Shown: positions 39,590-48,407, counted from the stretch's first letter. The stretch: DNA of 64,000 nt from a virus (IMGVR_UViG_3300025687_007517:8511-72510), one strand, 5' to 3'. The notes: generated by a model from the sequence alone, not told the origin. A program made the numbers and translations.

Positions 39590-40827
39590 AGTACCATTAC
39601 TTGTTCTTCTGGTTCTTCAATTCCCAGACTTTCAACAAACTGACTGTTTAGCTTGCTTTCTTCAAAGGTTTCTAAAACCCACTTTTGTAAAGATTTAGAA
39701 AGCCCCTGATAAACATGATGTTCGTTTTTCATTTTACGAAGCGCCATCTTATACGAGCCCTCTCTAGCAAACGCCCATTGTGAGTTTGGTTGAATAACCC
39801 CTTCCCAATGTGCTTCTCGTTGTACAGGAAGAACATCAAAGTCTACTTTTAAGAATTTTCCTTTGTTTTTCTCTTTGCCTTTCTTATCTTTCTCGGGCAT
39901 GAACAAGAAGTCACACTGCCCCGACCAACCAATAGTGATAATTGGCAATCCAGCAATAGCAGCATCAAAGAGCGGAAGACCATATCCCTCGCCGTGAGCA
40001 ATGTTAATAAAGGCTTTAATATTTTCGTGTCTGTAAAGCCCCTGCATCTCCGCTTCGCTCATATAACCGTGAAGGAGTGTCACAGAACATTTGCGGTCCT
40101 TGTAGGTGGCAAGGAGCGCCTGCAAACGCTTGTGTGTAAAGTCTCGGTCAATGGTGCAATTCTTGTAGGAGTTCGTCTTTACAACAAGACCAACTTCTCG
40201 GTCGATGTTCTCTTCGACAAACCAGCGAATAGCATTCTCAAAGTTCTTTCTTGGACCCCACTGACTGACTAAAAGATAGTTAAAGTCGTGCGGGAGGTCG
40301 AGTTCTACCTCTGTGGGGTTTTGTGGGCGAACAGGGTAGTTTACGACCTCTACCGGCTTCTCTAGCTTATAAGGGAATTTATTACCGTGTTGGTCCTGTG
40401 CTTCCACCACAGTATTGACAAAAACGTCCTTAGAGTGGTTGCTAACAACGATTATCTTGTCCATAACCTCGTTACATTTTTGTAACCACTGTGGGGCGAC
40501 CTTTGTTGTCTCAATACCGGCTGTGTAGCCAATATTAACAGGTGCCATTTTCTCAAACTCGTTGGGGATGGTAACCTGAAGGGAAATATCAAAAGCAACT
40601 CTGCCTTGGTTGGCTTGTAGTAATTGTGCTGTTTTTTGAATTGTTTTAATTAGCCACTCTCTTTCTTCATCATCTTCAATAATGTGGTTTGACTTTCCCC
40701 ATTCCAAATTCATAAGATAAATGTCAAAAAGGTCTGGACGTGAACGCAGAGCCCTAAGAGCAAAACGTGTTTGCTCGCCATATCCAGTTTGTGATAGGGC
40801 TGGACCCTTTACAATAATCTTCTTCAT
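39586..40827 (-). CDS. GT4-family glycosyltransferase
   Basis: TGYGEQTR, TAGIET, PRKN, HGEGYGLPLFDAA; start set at ATG 40827 (ATGA overlap). Confidence 0.88.
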   Translation of the reverse strand: MKKIIVKGPALSQTGYGEQTRFALRALRSRPDLFDIYLMNLEWGKSNHIIEDDEEREWLIKTIQKTAQLLQANQGRVAFDISLQVTIPNEFEKMAPVNIGYTAGIETTKVAPQWLQKCNEVMDKIIVVSNHSKDVFVNTVVEAQDQHGNKFPYKLEKPVEVVNYPVRPQNPTEVELDLPHDFNYLLVSQWGPRKNFENAIRWFVEENIDREVGLVVKTNSYKNCTIDRDFTHKRLQALLATYKDRKCSVTLLHGYMSEAEMQGLYRHENIKAFINIAHGEGYGLPLFDAAIAGLPIITIGWSGQCDFLFMPEKDKKGKEKNKGKFLKVDFDVLPVQREAHWEGVIQPNSQWAFAREGSYKMALRKMKNEHHVYQGLSKSLQKWVLETFEESKLNSQFVESLGIEEPEEQVMVL

Positions 40828-42086
40828 ACTGATAGTTGCTCCCATGCCCTGTATCCCTTGCGGGTATCCCAAGAGCCATTTTCTTCAAGAACCTCGTCCA
40901 TAAACTCTACCCAGCCTTTTTCAAGCTGCTCAAACGAGTAGTTCTTCTCGACGTGCTTTCTACCTTGTTCTCCGAGCTTACGACGTGCTGCATGACTCTT
41001 TGACCACATCTCATAAAGAGCTTGAACAAAATCGTCCTCGTTGATTCTATCCTCGCGGATAAAAGGAATTTCTTGTGAGCCAATAATGGCTTTTGATGCG
41101 GGTTCGATCCCAACACCAAATTCTTTTTTGCCGTCTGTTATTTGTTCTTGCAGACCACCTGTTTTATTCACAATAATAGGCGTGCCACAAGCTAATGATT
41201 CTAGTGTGGCGAGACCAAAGCCCTCGGCGTCTGAAATGTTTACTGTTACGTCGCAAGCATTATAAAGTCTTGCAAGGGCTGCGGCTGGCATTTTTTGTCT
41301 GCTAAACTTTACCTGACCGTCTGTTAAGCCTAGCTCATTAATAATCGCATCCAAGTTCTGACCGTGGGGGTCTTTAGTGTCAGTGTGCATGATAAGCACA
41401 GCCTGATCATCCCCAACACGGTCCAAGAATTTTTTAAACCAAAAAATAAGTGAGCCGGATTGTTTACGTCTCGCGTTTCTGTTATTCCAAAAAATTGTAA
41501 ACTTATCAGCAGCATCGCCAAAGTTTTCTTGTCTAAATTTCTGCCTTTCTTCTTCTGGGAAGAGTGAAAAGTCGGGTGGCACAGCGTGAGGAATGTACTT
41601 GCGCTTTACCTCTGGTGCTACCGTAGCAACAATATCATCAGTAACTTTGCTGATGGTTGCGATAGCATCGTTAGAAAGGTAGAACTTTCTATTGAACTTT
41701 GGGTAAGGGTAGTTGTCCCAAACGTGGTAGTATACCAAAGGACAGTGTGAACGAATCTCTTCTTCGATTTCCCACAACCAGCCCCAGAAACGTGGATCGG
41801 TCATAATCCAAACTGCGTCTGGTCTTTCTACCCAAAGTGCTTCACGAATTATGTGAACGTCTCCATATCCTTTAATTGGGTAAATGATTAAATCATCTCC
41901 CCATTCTCGGGTCTTTTGCGGCTGGTAGTTCTCATGTTGAATAGCCCCACCGAAGCACAGGAACTTATATCGTCCGGTCTTTAGTAGGGCTTCAACGAAG
42001 TATTTGGTTTGTGTGCCGACACCCGAAGGTGACATTGGGTGGTCAGATAAGACCAATATTTTTTTCTTTTGTATGTCCTCTGGCAT
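40824..42086 (-). CDS. GT4-family glycosyltransferase
   Basis: SDHP..PSGVG, NRNARRKQ, AEGFGLATLESLACGTPII. Confidence 0.9.
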   Translation of the reverse strand: MPEDIQKKKILVLSDHPMSPSGVGTQTKYFVEALLKTGRYKFLCFGGAIQHENYQPQKTREWGDDLIIYPIKGYGDVHIIREALWVERPDAVWIMTDPRFWGWLWEIEEEIRSHCPLVYYHVWDNYPYPKFNRKFYLSNDAIATISKVTDDIVATVAPEVKRKYIPHAVPPDFSLFPEEERQKFRQENFGDAADKFTIFWNNRNARRKQSGSLIFWFKKFLDRVGDDQAVLIMHTDTKDPHGQNLDAIINELGLTDGQVKFSRQKMPAAALARLYNACDVTVNISDAEGFGLATLESLACGTPIIVNKTGGLQEQITDGKKEFGVGIEPASKAIIGSQEIPFIREDRINEDDFVQALYEMWSKSHAARRKLGEQGRKHVEKNYSFEQLEKGWVEFMDEVLEENGSWDTRKGYRAWEQLSV

Positions 42087-42093
42087 GTTTATC

Positions 42094-42876
42094 CTATGTA
42101 CAATGTGGAGTATTGAAGAACTCGCACTTTTGACAAGATAAACGGTTCTTCATGTGGTTTTGTGTATTCACATTGTACAAGGCTTTTTTCAATAAGTTAA
42201 GTGCATTTGTGGTTTTTCTTGGACCGGAAGTCACACGGAAAATCTCCACCTTTTGCCCAACCTTTGCTGTGCGTTTCAGCAGGGCAAAGTGTGTCTCAAT
42301 CTGGTCAAGTGGAATGCCCATTTTCTGCGACCAGTAGTGCTTGTACAATGTAAGTTGGTAAGTCACCATACGATCAGAACGCTTCTTTGCATCCCAACCC
42401 CAAGAACAAGACTTGTAGTCAATAATGTGATACTTGCCGTCCTTGGTTTTGATGATAAGGTCGATGTACCCCTTGAACTTATAAGCGGCGTCAGTGAACT
42501 CACCAATGCCTTCCATAAGGGTATCTTCTGCTTTTACAAACTCAAAGTCGGTTCCAAAGTATTTGTCAAAGCCTGCGTCGAGTTCTTCGATGATACCAAG
42601 ACCTTGGTTGTAAAAGTCTGTGATTTGTTTCTCGGTAAATGACTCACCGTTCTTTTCTAGAGTCTTTAGTTCCTTGCGGAACACCTCTCCAAAGAAAAAC
42701 TTTTTATCTAGTTCTCGACCAGACTCAAAATACTTTTCACATACGGAGTGAATAGCGGAGCCAAAGCCGGTAAAGATGTTGCCTTTGAACTTCTTGACTT
42801 TATCCTCGTAGATAAGCTTACGAGCGTAAGGACAGAAGTCCCACTTGGCGAGTTCAGAATACGAAATGTGAGCCAT
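42094..42876 (-). CDS. PD-(D/E)XK nuclease, Cas4/AddB-like
   Basis: HISYS..FCP, GSAIH, FKGYIDL, IIDYKS, QL..Y, C-terminal CxxC..C. Confidence 0.88.
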   Translation of the reverse strand: MAHISYSELAKWDFCPYARKLIYEDKVKKFKGNIFTGFGSAIHSVCEKYFESGRELDKKFFFGEVFRKELKTLEKNGESFTEKQITDFYNQGLGIIEELDAGFDKYFGTDFEFVKAEDTLMEGIGEFTDAAYKFKGYIDLIIKTKDGKYHIIDYKSCSWGWDAKKRSDRMVTYQLTLYKHYWSQKMGIPLDQIETHFALLKRTAKVGQKVEIFRVTSGPRKTTNALNLLKKALYNVNTQNHMKNRLSCQKCEFFNTPHCT

Positions 42877-42900
42877 GAATACCTCTTCTGTTGTGCTAAC

Positions 42901-42929
42901 AATATAACACCACAGGAGTGTGTTGTCAA
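42901..42929 (-). promoter_or_regulatory. Sigma70-type (early) promoter
   Basis: TTGACA-17 nt-TATATT upstream of nuclease and glycan island. Confidence 0.75.
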
Positions 42930-43180
42930 GGGTTTTTATCTAAATCTTTGAATGCTTGTGCGTAGCCTCTAATAAAATTTTCTTCTGCTACGACTGAAAG
43001 GAACTCTGGGAACTCATCTGCGAAGATTTTTACTATGTCTTCGACTGTGACTTCGGGTTCATTTGGGTGGAGTGTTTCACCAATGTAATCAACAATGAGT
43101 TCTTTTAGTTTTGTCTCTCTCTTGACAAAAACGTGTTTTAGGTCGTTTTCTACAACCTGCTCTTCTGTTATTGTTTCCAT
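42926..43180 (-). CDS. Hypothetical protein
   Basis: 84-aa ORF coupled to phoH stop. Confidence 0.6.
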   Translation of the reverse strand: METITEEQVVENDLKHVFVKRETKLKELIVDYIGETLHPNEPEVTVEDIVKIFADEFPEFLSVVAEENFIRGYAQAFKDLDKNP

Positions 43181-44502
43181 TATAATACCTTTGAGGCAAG
43201 GGTTGCTACTTTGGAGCGTTCGCCCTTTTGCAGCGAGATGTGTCCTGCTAACTCATAAGGCTTGAACTTTTCAAGTGCATAAGTTAGACCGGATGAGCGT
43301 GCATCGATGTAAACGTTATCGATTTGCTCAACGTCGCCTGTGAGAACTATTTTTGTTCCCTCGCCAACTCTGGTTATTATAGTCTTTAACTCATGTATTG
43401 TTAAGTTCTGGGCTTCATCGATAATAATGAAGGCATTTGCGATAGAACGACCACGAATGTAGGTCAGCGCTTCTATCTCGATAAGACCGCGCTCAGAGTA
43501 CATTTCTAGTGCTACACGGTCATCCCCCATTAGGAACTTCAAGTTATCTTGGATAGGAGCAAGCCATGGAGCCATTTTTTCTTCCAAGGTTCCCGGTAGG
43601 AAGCCAATATCCCTTCCCATAGGCATAACAGGTCGGGAAACAACTAATTTTTTATAAATAGGTTCGTATTGACCCTCATCAAGAGTCTGTTCCATACCTG
43701 CTGCGATGGCTAGTAGAGTCTTGCCGCACCCTGCTGCGCCTATGAGGGAGACAACTGGAACGTTTGGGTCCATAAGTAGGTTTAGGGCAAAAGCCTGTTC
43801 CTTGTTCCTTGGTTTTACGTCCCAGATTCCGTGTTTGTACTCGTCTACCTTTATGAGTGGTTTGTTGTAGTTTATAAAGCGAGATAAGGCTGTCTTCTTA
43901 TCGTTAGAAGAGGAAACAAGCATTACAAACTCATTTGGAAGAAGATTTTTTTCTTCTTTGTCGATGAAAAGCTTCTCGCCGCTATAAAAGTGGTCGATTG
44001 TTTGATCATCAACCAAGTGTTTGGTAAAGCCTGTGTAAATGTGCTCTTCACGCTTTACAACTTGGTTTTCGTTGTAGTCCTCGCACTCAATACCCAACGC
44101 ATCACAACGTACACGCAGGTTAATGTCGAGAGAAACAATAACAACTTTTTTATTTGGGTTCTCGTTCTTCTCGTTTAGAGCGGCTGCAATAATAATGTTG
44201 TCAGGGTCTCGCTTATCCATTTCTGGTGGAAGAGCGGACACATCTGAATAAACAGCCCTAATGATGCCGAGCCCCTTGTCGATACGAATACCTTTGTGAA
44301 GGTTTCCTTTCGCACGGAGTTCGTCAAGAAGACGAATAGTATGACGAGCGTTCGCACCTACGCCGTCTTGTCGTTTTTTATGTTTATCGATTTCTTCAAG
44401 GACTTTAAGAGGTAAAATAACGTCATTTCTACCAAACTTTTTGAAGCAGTGCGAGTCGGTTAAATAAACATTTGTGTCGAGCACATAAGTTCGCTTTGCC
44501 AT
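43180..44502 (-). CDS. phoH: PhoH-family ATPase with N-terminal PIN domain
   Basis: VLDTNV PIN motif, PRNKEQ, GAAGCGKT, GFLPG, YIRGRS, DEAQN, GDVEQID. Confidence 0.93.
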   Translation of the reverse strand: MAKRTYVLDTNVYLTDSHCFKKFGRNDVILPLKVLEEIDKHKKRQDGVGANARHTIRLLDELRAKGNLHKGIRIDKGLGIIRAVYSDVSALPPEMDKRDPDNIIIAAALNEKNENPNKKVVIVSLDINLRVRCDALGIECEDYNENQVVKREEHIYTGFTKHLVDDQTIDHFYSGEKLFIDKEEKNLLPNEFVMLVSSSNDKKTALSRFINYNKPLIKVDEYKHGIWDVKPRNKEQAFALNLLMDPNVPVVSLIGAAGCGKTLLAIAAGMEQTLDEGQYEPIYKKLVVSRPVMPMGRDIGFLPGTLEEKMAPWLAPIQDNLKFLMGDDRVALEMYSERGLIEIEALTYIRGRSIANAFIIIDEAQNLTIHELKTIITRVGEGTKIVLTGDVEQIDNVYIDARSSGLTYALEKFKPYELAGHISLQKGERSKVATLASKVL

Positions 44503-44507
44503 TACTT

Positions 44508-44514
44508 TAAATAG
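44508..44514 (-). promoter_or_regulatory. Putative late promoter element CTATTTA (representative copy)
   Basis: Same heptamer recurs in short intergenic gaps at 1177, 5529, 58217, 58756, 59623 and 61675. Confidence 0.6.
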
Positions 44515-44520
44515 TTTCCC

Positions 44521-44549
44521 AAAAAAAAGAAGGGAGGCTTTCGCCTCCC
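44521..44549 (-). terminator. Rho-independent terminator
   Basis: GGGAGGC-GAAA-GCCTCCC followed by TTCTTTTTTTT on minus strand. Confidence 0.9.
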
Positions 44550-44579
44550 CCCAAATGCTTATTCAGTTTTTTATTTTAT

Positions 44580-44873
44580 TTACTCGTCGCTATCTGTTGC
44601 AGCGTCGGGTGTGGCAACAGCGTCAGCCACATTTGGGAAACCGTCTCCCAGAATGTCTGCTACTGTTGTTGCGTCGGCTGGAGTGGATGCAGCATCAGCG
44701 ACAGTCGCGGTGTCCTCAGCGGTTGTTGCGTCTTCAACCGGGGTCGCGTCTGGTGATGCTGCATCGCTCTGCACTGCAACTGAGGTATCGCAAGGTGCGG
44801 TGTCCTCCTTCTTGGTGTCGCAGGCAGCAAACACAACAGCCATAAAACTCAAAACAATAATAAAATCTTTCAT
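44580..44873 (-). CDS. Predicted lipoprotein with D/A/T/P-rich low-complexity body
   Basis: Signal peptide with lipobox FAAC; repeated (P)DAT/DAA units; GGAGAGGG SD. Confidence 0.7.
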   Translation of the reverse strand: MKDFIIVLSFMAVVFAACDTKKEDTAPCDTSVAVQSDAASPDATPVEDATTAEDTATVADAASTPADATTVADILGDGFPNVADAVATPDAATDSDE

Positions 44874-44882
44874 ATCCCTCTC

Positions 44883-45092
44883 CTAAGTTACGTTAGTGTC
44901 TTGTGCTTCTGGAGCAACGGTTCTTCCGGTGGCATAAGACCAATAACGGGTTTGTTTTTGATTCTTTCTATCTTTTGTAACAACATACCAAACAAGTGGG
45001 TTGCCTGGAACTGGTTGTCCTTTTAGACCTGTCTTTGGACAGTGTGTGACGTTTTTACTAATGCGGTTATAGAACTCAACATAGTTTGTCAT
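44883..45092 (-). CDS. Hypothetical protein
   Basis: 69-aa ORF; CTACTTA late-like motif upstream. Confidence 0.55.
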   Translation of the reverse strand: MTNYVEFYNRISKNVTHCPKTGLKGQPVPGNPLVWYVVTKDRKNQKQTRYWSYATGRTVAPEAQDTNVT

Positions 45093-45095
45093 TTT

Positions 45096-45260
45096 TCACC
45101 CTTTAAGTAGTTTCTTGTCTTCGTTAAGGTCAGTCTTTTTTTCTTGTAGCTCTTCCTCATGCAGAAGGCGTTTTAGGTCGGGGTATTTGTCTAGAACCTC
45201 GACGGTTGTGATGCCTTCTTTCTCAGAAATGTTTTTTATTACTTCTTGCACTTTTGACAT
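45096..45260 (-). CDS. Small hypothetical protein (54 aa, not in ORF track)
   Basis: MSKVQEVIKNISEKEGITTVEVLDKYPDLKRLL...LLKG*; fills gap, TAATG coupling. Confidence 0.6.
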   Translation of the reverse strand: MSKVQEVIKNISEKEGITTVEVLDKYPDLKRLLHEEELQEKKTDLNEDKKLLKG

Positions 45261-45430
45261 TACCAGCAGTCCTCATTGTCGTAGTCGTCCTCGTCGTCCT
45301 CATAGCTGTCGAAGAGGTTTGCGTCATCGTCTCGTCCAACGCCATAGTCGTTGTCATAAAACGAGTCACGGGTTGAGTAATCAAAGCTAACACCAGCGGG
45401 AAGCAAAACGCTAAACTCCATGTCATCCAT
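45260..45430 (-). CDS. Small highly acidic protein
   Basis: MDDMEFS...DDEDDYDNEDCW; AGGAG SD. Confidence 0.55.
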   Translation of the reverse strand: MDDMEFSVLLPAGVSFDYSTRDSFYDNDYGVGRDDDANLFDSYEDDEDDYDNEDCW

Positions 45431-45959
45431 CTTTGAACTCCTTTTCACGGTTGATTTTCTTCAACTCTTTTAGCGACCACTTTGAGTAGTAGTCTGTTTT
45501 ACGAAGGGTATTATACCCACTTTGGAAGTCTTTGTCAAGACCTACATTCAACATTGGGTAAGGCGAACAACGAGTTTTTACACCACCGATACTGTAAGGG
45601 TGGTCAGGGTGAAAAACTATTGCCGACAAACCCAACTCCTTTACGAAGCGCTTAAAGTGTCTCCCAAACGCTTCAGTCTCTTTATACCCTATTTTGGAGA
45701 AAGGGTCAAGTATTAAAAGCGACTTTTTTTCACTTTTTTCTAAAAAAGTTATTAAAACTTGTAAAAGTTTTTCATCTGGCTGGTCAATAATGATGCGTTG
45801 AGCGTGCCACATAATACTGTCGTTAAGTCTTTCTTTTCTCGCAAAGGGACAAGGCGCAAACCCCGCAAAAGCGGGGTCTGGCTTCTCAACAACTTGTTGG
45901 AGATAAACTTTTGTTGCCTCAATGGCTTCGTTTATCTTTCTAGAGTAAAGGTGATTCAC
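45423..45959 (-). CDS. DUF1415-like protein
   Basis: CPFA, FHPD and SPYPML motifs. Confidence 0.55.
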   Translation of the reverse strand: MNHLYSRKINEAIEATKVYLQQVVEKPDPAFAGFAPCPFARKERLNDSIMWHAQRIIIDQPDEKLLQVLITFLEKSEKKSLLILDPFSKIGYKETEAFGRHFKRFVKELGLSAIVFHPDHPYSIGGVKTRCSPYPMLNVGLDKDFQSGYNTLRKTDYYSKWSLKELKKINREKEFKDG

Positions 45960-46111
45960 TTCTTTGTTTCTTCTACAAGTCGCTTCATGTCCTTTGCCAC
46001 TGCTGACTTAAACTGTTTAACGTCAGCTTGTGTGGAGCGTAGTTCGTCTACAAGGTCGGTAATTCTTGCTTGTAGTTTGTCAATTTGCTTTTGTTGTTCT
46101 TTCAGTGTCAT
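45956..46111 (-). CDS. Small coiled-coil protein (51 aa, not in ORF track)
   Basis: MTLKEQQKQIDKLQARITDLVDELRST...; AGGAG SD. Confidence 0.6.
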   Translation of the reverse strand: MTLKEQQKQIDKLQARITDLVDELRSTQADVKQFKSAVAKDMKRLVEETKK

Positions 46112-46120
46112 TTTTTTCTC

Positions 46121-46612
46121 CTAGCATTCAATCTCAAGACGACCCAAGTCAGTGTAGACCTCTGCGGTCCAACCAAAAAGCTGGTTATCTCCAGCCTCAA
46201 GGACAGTCTTTACATTTGTGTTAACAGTGCAGGTCACAGTAGCCATGGCACGTTTGTGGTCCATTTGGTCCATTTCTACTTCAATCCAGCCCTCGTTGTA
46301 AGCTAGACCGTCTTGCTGAAATACTCCCGCAAGGTGGTCGGCAAAATCACCAGAGCCACGGTAGTAACCACCCATTAGTGACTCATCGCGAAGCGAGTCA
46401 ATAACGTCGCAAGCTCCGCGTGAGGTAAATGGCTGAACTGCCACTGTTTCAGCTAGGGTGTGATAAGAGCCTAGCTCCTTGAGAGCCATATCTGTGCCCT
46501 CACCTGTGTGTGTGAAAACAGAAGTCTTTTCCTTATGAGTTAGTGTGACTCGCTTGTCAAAGTCGTTACCAACTGCTTGCGCCAACTTATCCTTCCAAGA
46601 AACAATTTCCAT
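46121..46612 (-). CDS. Hypothetical protein
   Basis: ORF with AGGAG SD before ATG 46612. Confidence 0.6.
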   Translation of the reverse strand: MEIVSWKDKLAQAVGNDFDKRVTLTHKEKTSVFTHTGEGTDMALKELGSYHTLAETVAVQPFTSRGACDVIDSLRDESLMGGYYRGSGDFADHLAGVFQQDGLAYNEGWIEVEMDQMDHKRAMATVTCTVNTNVKTVLEAGDNQLFGWTAEVYTDLGRLEIEC

Positions 46613-46613
46613 T

Positions 46614-47078
46614 TTACTCTCCTGTGCTTCCAAGGGCACCACTGCCCCTATTTGAAATGGTTAGTGGGTCGTCATAAAGCTCACCCTCGTGAACCTCAAA
46701 AGCTCGCCACTGGACAACGGGAACAAGAACAAGTTGGGCGATCTTATCCCCTTCCTCTACCAGCTTCTTTGTTTTACCAATATTGTGTAGGTTGACAAAG
46801 ATTTCACCGCTGTATCCAGAGTCTACAACACAGGCTCCAACAACGAGGTTCTTTTTAGCTGCCATGCCAGAGCGGTTTTTCACTTCTAGCATGTAGCCGT
46901 GGGGAACTTCGACTTTGAGACCTGTGGGTAGAACAACTGAATCACCTGGGTCCAAACGAACAAAGCCAAAGTGACCGGGTTCGTCTGGACAATAAAAAAC
47001 ATCTGCTCCTGCGTCAGATGGATTAGCCCGTGAGGGCAGTTTTGCGTTAGGGTGTGTTTTAGAAACTTTTAATAGCAT
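46614..47078 (-). CDS. dut: Trimeric dUTPase
   Basis: AGAD, RSG, VVDSGYSGE, IAQL, RGSGALGSTG motifs. Confidence 0.95.
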   Translation of the reverse strand: MLLKVSKTHPNAKLPSRANPSDAGADVFYCPDEPGHFGFVRLDPGDSVVLPTGLKVEVPHGYMLEVKNRSGMAAKKNLVVGACVVDSGYSGEIFVNLHNIGKTKKLVEEGDKIAQLVLVPVVQWRAFEVHEGELYDDPLTISNRGSGALGSTGE

Positions 47079-47089
47079 TTTGCCTCCAC

Positions 47090-47164
47090 GGTGCCGGAAG
47101 AGGGACTTGAACCCCCAACCTACGCATTACAAGTGCGTTGCGCTACCAGTTGTGCTATTCCGGC
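47090..47164 (-). tRNA. tRNA-Thr(UGU)
   Basis: GCCGGAA acceptor, D-loop TGGTA, anticodon arm ACGCA-CTTGTAA-TGCGT, GTTCAAGTC T-arm; CCA not fully encoded. Confidence 0.93.
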
Positions 47165-47263
47165 TTTTTCTTTTTATTTTTCTTTTTAAGTTTTTTGAAG
47201 AAGGACTCCACTTTTAAAATGAAGTCCCTCATCGCTTCGTATTCGGGGCGACCCTTATACATA

Positions 47264-47452
47264 TTAATCGTCAGTATTGCGAACTTCAAGAACCTGCTTA
47301 CGAAGGGTCTTTAGCTCATTGACAGCAAACTGTGCAGTCTTACGCACACGAGTTCCAGCAGCCTTGTTGCCAGCGTCGGTCTTCTGGGCATCAGCAAGAG
47401 CCTGTGTGAGTTGGTCTACAACAGTTTGTAGTGTGGTTGTTACTGTACTCAT
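47264..47452 (-). CDS. Histone H1-like protein (Hc1 family)
   Basis: DA.K..AGNKAAGTRVRK...LK.LRK.V motif. Confidence 0.8.
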   Translation of the reverse strand: MSTVTTTLQTVVDQLTQALADAQKTDAGNKAAGTRVRKTAQFAVNELKTLRKQVLEVRNTDD

Positions 47453-47778
47453 TTTTTCTCCTTTTCTAATTTATCAATTAAATAATCCAGATACCATCTG
47501 GCTTTCTTCAAGTCGCCAAGGCGCGAACTCTTGTGCCTTGAACGAACAACATACTTGACAACATTGCCTTCAATGAAGTCAAGCCCCCAATCAAGAATAG
47601 CATCGATTGCTTCGATTTTACCTTGGTTGTAGTGGGCTGGGTGGTCAACTAGTTCTGCATATGCTTTTAGCTGACTGCGTTCTGTGTTTTCTGCGTATCC
47701 ACCATTTGGTAGTTTCTTTTCTTTTTCTGGCATATCAAATGGGTCTACTTTGTCTTGTGAATAAGTTTTTAAAAACAT
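47449..47778 (-). CDS. DUF3310 (T7 gp1.7/SaV-like) protein
   Basis: VDHPAHYNQGKIEAID...GNVVKY..R..HK...DLKKARWYL. Confidence 0.88.
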   Translation of the reverse strand: MFLKTYSQDKVDPFDMPEKEKKLPNGGYAENTERSQLKAYAELVDHPAHYNQGKIEAIDAILDWGLDFIEGNVVKYVVRSRHKSSRLGDLKKARWYLDYLIDKLEKEKK

Positions 47779-47779
47779 T

Positions 47780-47854
47780 TGGTACTCCCGAGGGGAATCG
47801 AACCCCTGCCACCGGAGTGAAAATCCGGTATTCTAACCGTTAAACTACGGGAGC
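47780..47854 (-). tRNA. tRNA-Glu(UUC)
   Basis: Anticodon arm CCGGA-TTTTCAC-TCCGG, GTTCGATTC T-loop, encoded CCA. Confidence 0.93.
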
Positions 47855-47857
47855 ATT

Positions 47858-48067
47858 TTACCATCGTTCTTCAATAAAATCAAGCACTTCTTGTGCATGT
47901 GCGCCCCGTTCTGCGGCTTTAATAATTTCTTCTGTGATGGAGGGGTGTTCGCCAACTCCAACGGAGCGCATAACATACAACTCTATTTTCGCTTCGGCGT
48001 CTGCAACGTCTGCTTCAAGCTTCTTCTTAGCAGCTTCAACAAACTTTCTTCCTGTATTATCCATCAT
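47858..48067 (-). CDS. Conserved phage hypothetical protein
   Basis: A.A.IE.Y...VGVGEHP.I.EE motif familiar from T4-like phage small ORFs. Confidence 0.65.
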   Translation of the reverse strand: MMDNTGRKFVEAAKKKLEADVADAEAKIELYVMRSVGVGEHPSITEEIIKAAERGAHAQEVLDFIEERW

Positions 48068-48073
48068 TAGCCT

Positions 48074-48101
48074 ATTATACCGCTTTTGAGCGCTCAGTTA
48101 A
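48074..48101 (-). promoter_or_regulatory. Sigma70-type promoter
   Basis: TTAACT-16 nt-TATAAT. Confidence 0.5.
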
Positions 48102-48195
48102 GGATTAAGTTATAAATTGCTGGAACTAGCTGAAATAAACAAAAGCCAGCAATAGCCACTCCCAAGATATTAACAACGAGTTCTTTGAGAGTCAT
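48094..48195 (-). CDS. Small membrane peptide (33 aa)
   Basis: MTLKELVVNILGVAIAGFCLFQLVPAIYNLILN; GGAG SD. Confidence 0.45.
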   Translation of the reverse strand: MTLKELVVNILGVAIAGFCLFQLVPAIYNLILN

Positions 48196-48196
48196 T

Positions 48197-48310
48197 TTAT
48201 GCTCCAAAACCAACATGAAGAACAATACCAGCAGCAACACTAAATGCTACAACAAAAGCCCAAAAAACACGGGCAGCTTCTTTCTCAAAGTGTTTATCAT
48301 CTACAAACAT
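48197..48310 (-). CDS. Small membrane protein (37 aa)
   Basis: MFVDDKHFEKEAARVFWAFVVAFSVAAGIVLHVGFGA; GAGG SD; the longer start in the track overlaps a tRNA. Confidence 0.55.
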   Translation of the reverse strand: MFVDDKHFEKEAARVFWAFVVAFSVAAGIVLHVGFGA

Positions 48311-48330
48311 TATTACCTCTCTCAAAAAGT

Positions 48331-48407
48331 TGGTACGGGTGGTGGGGCTTGAACCCACTATCTCTGCTTTATAAGAACAGGGCATTTACCAGTTATGCTA
48401 CACCCGC
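48331..48407 (-). tRNA. tRNA-Ile(UAU)
   Basis: Anticodon arm CTGTT-CTTATAA-AGCAG, GTTCAAGCC T-loop, discriminator A plus CCA. Confidence 0.88.

Noticed and set aside
26805-42086. Bacterial O-antigen/capsule locus (host chromosome or prophage flank)
   Set aside because: No wzx/wzy/kps/ABC export or initiating transferase; genes overlap seamlessly with phage genes on both sides; no integrase or att site seen
42094-42876. CRISPR-Cas locus implied by the Cas4-like nuclease
   Set aside because: No repeat-spacer array or other cas genes seen; solo Cas4-like nucleases are common in phages
48197-48385. 62-aa ORF as given in the track
   Set aside because: Its 5' part overlaps tRNA-Ile; the likely start is ATG 48310 with a GAGG SD
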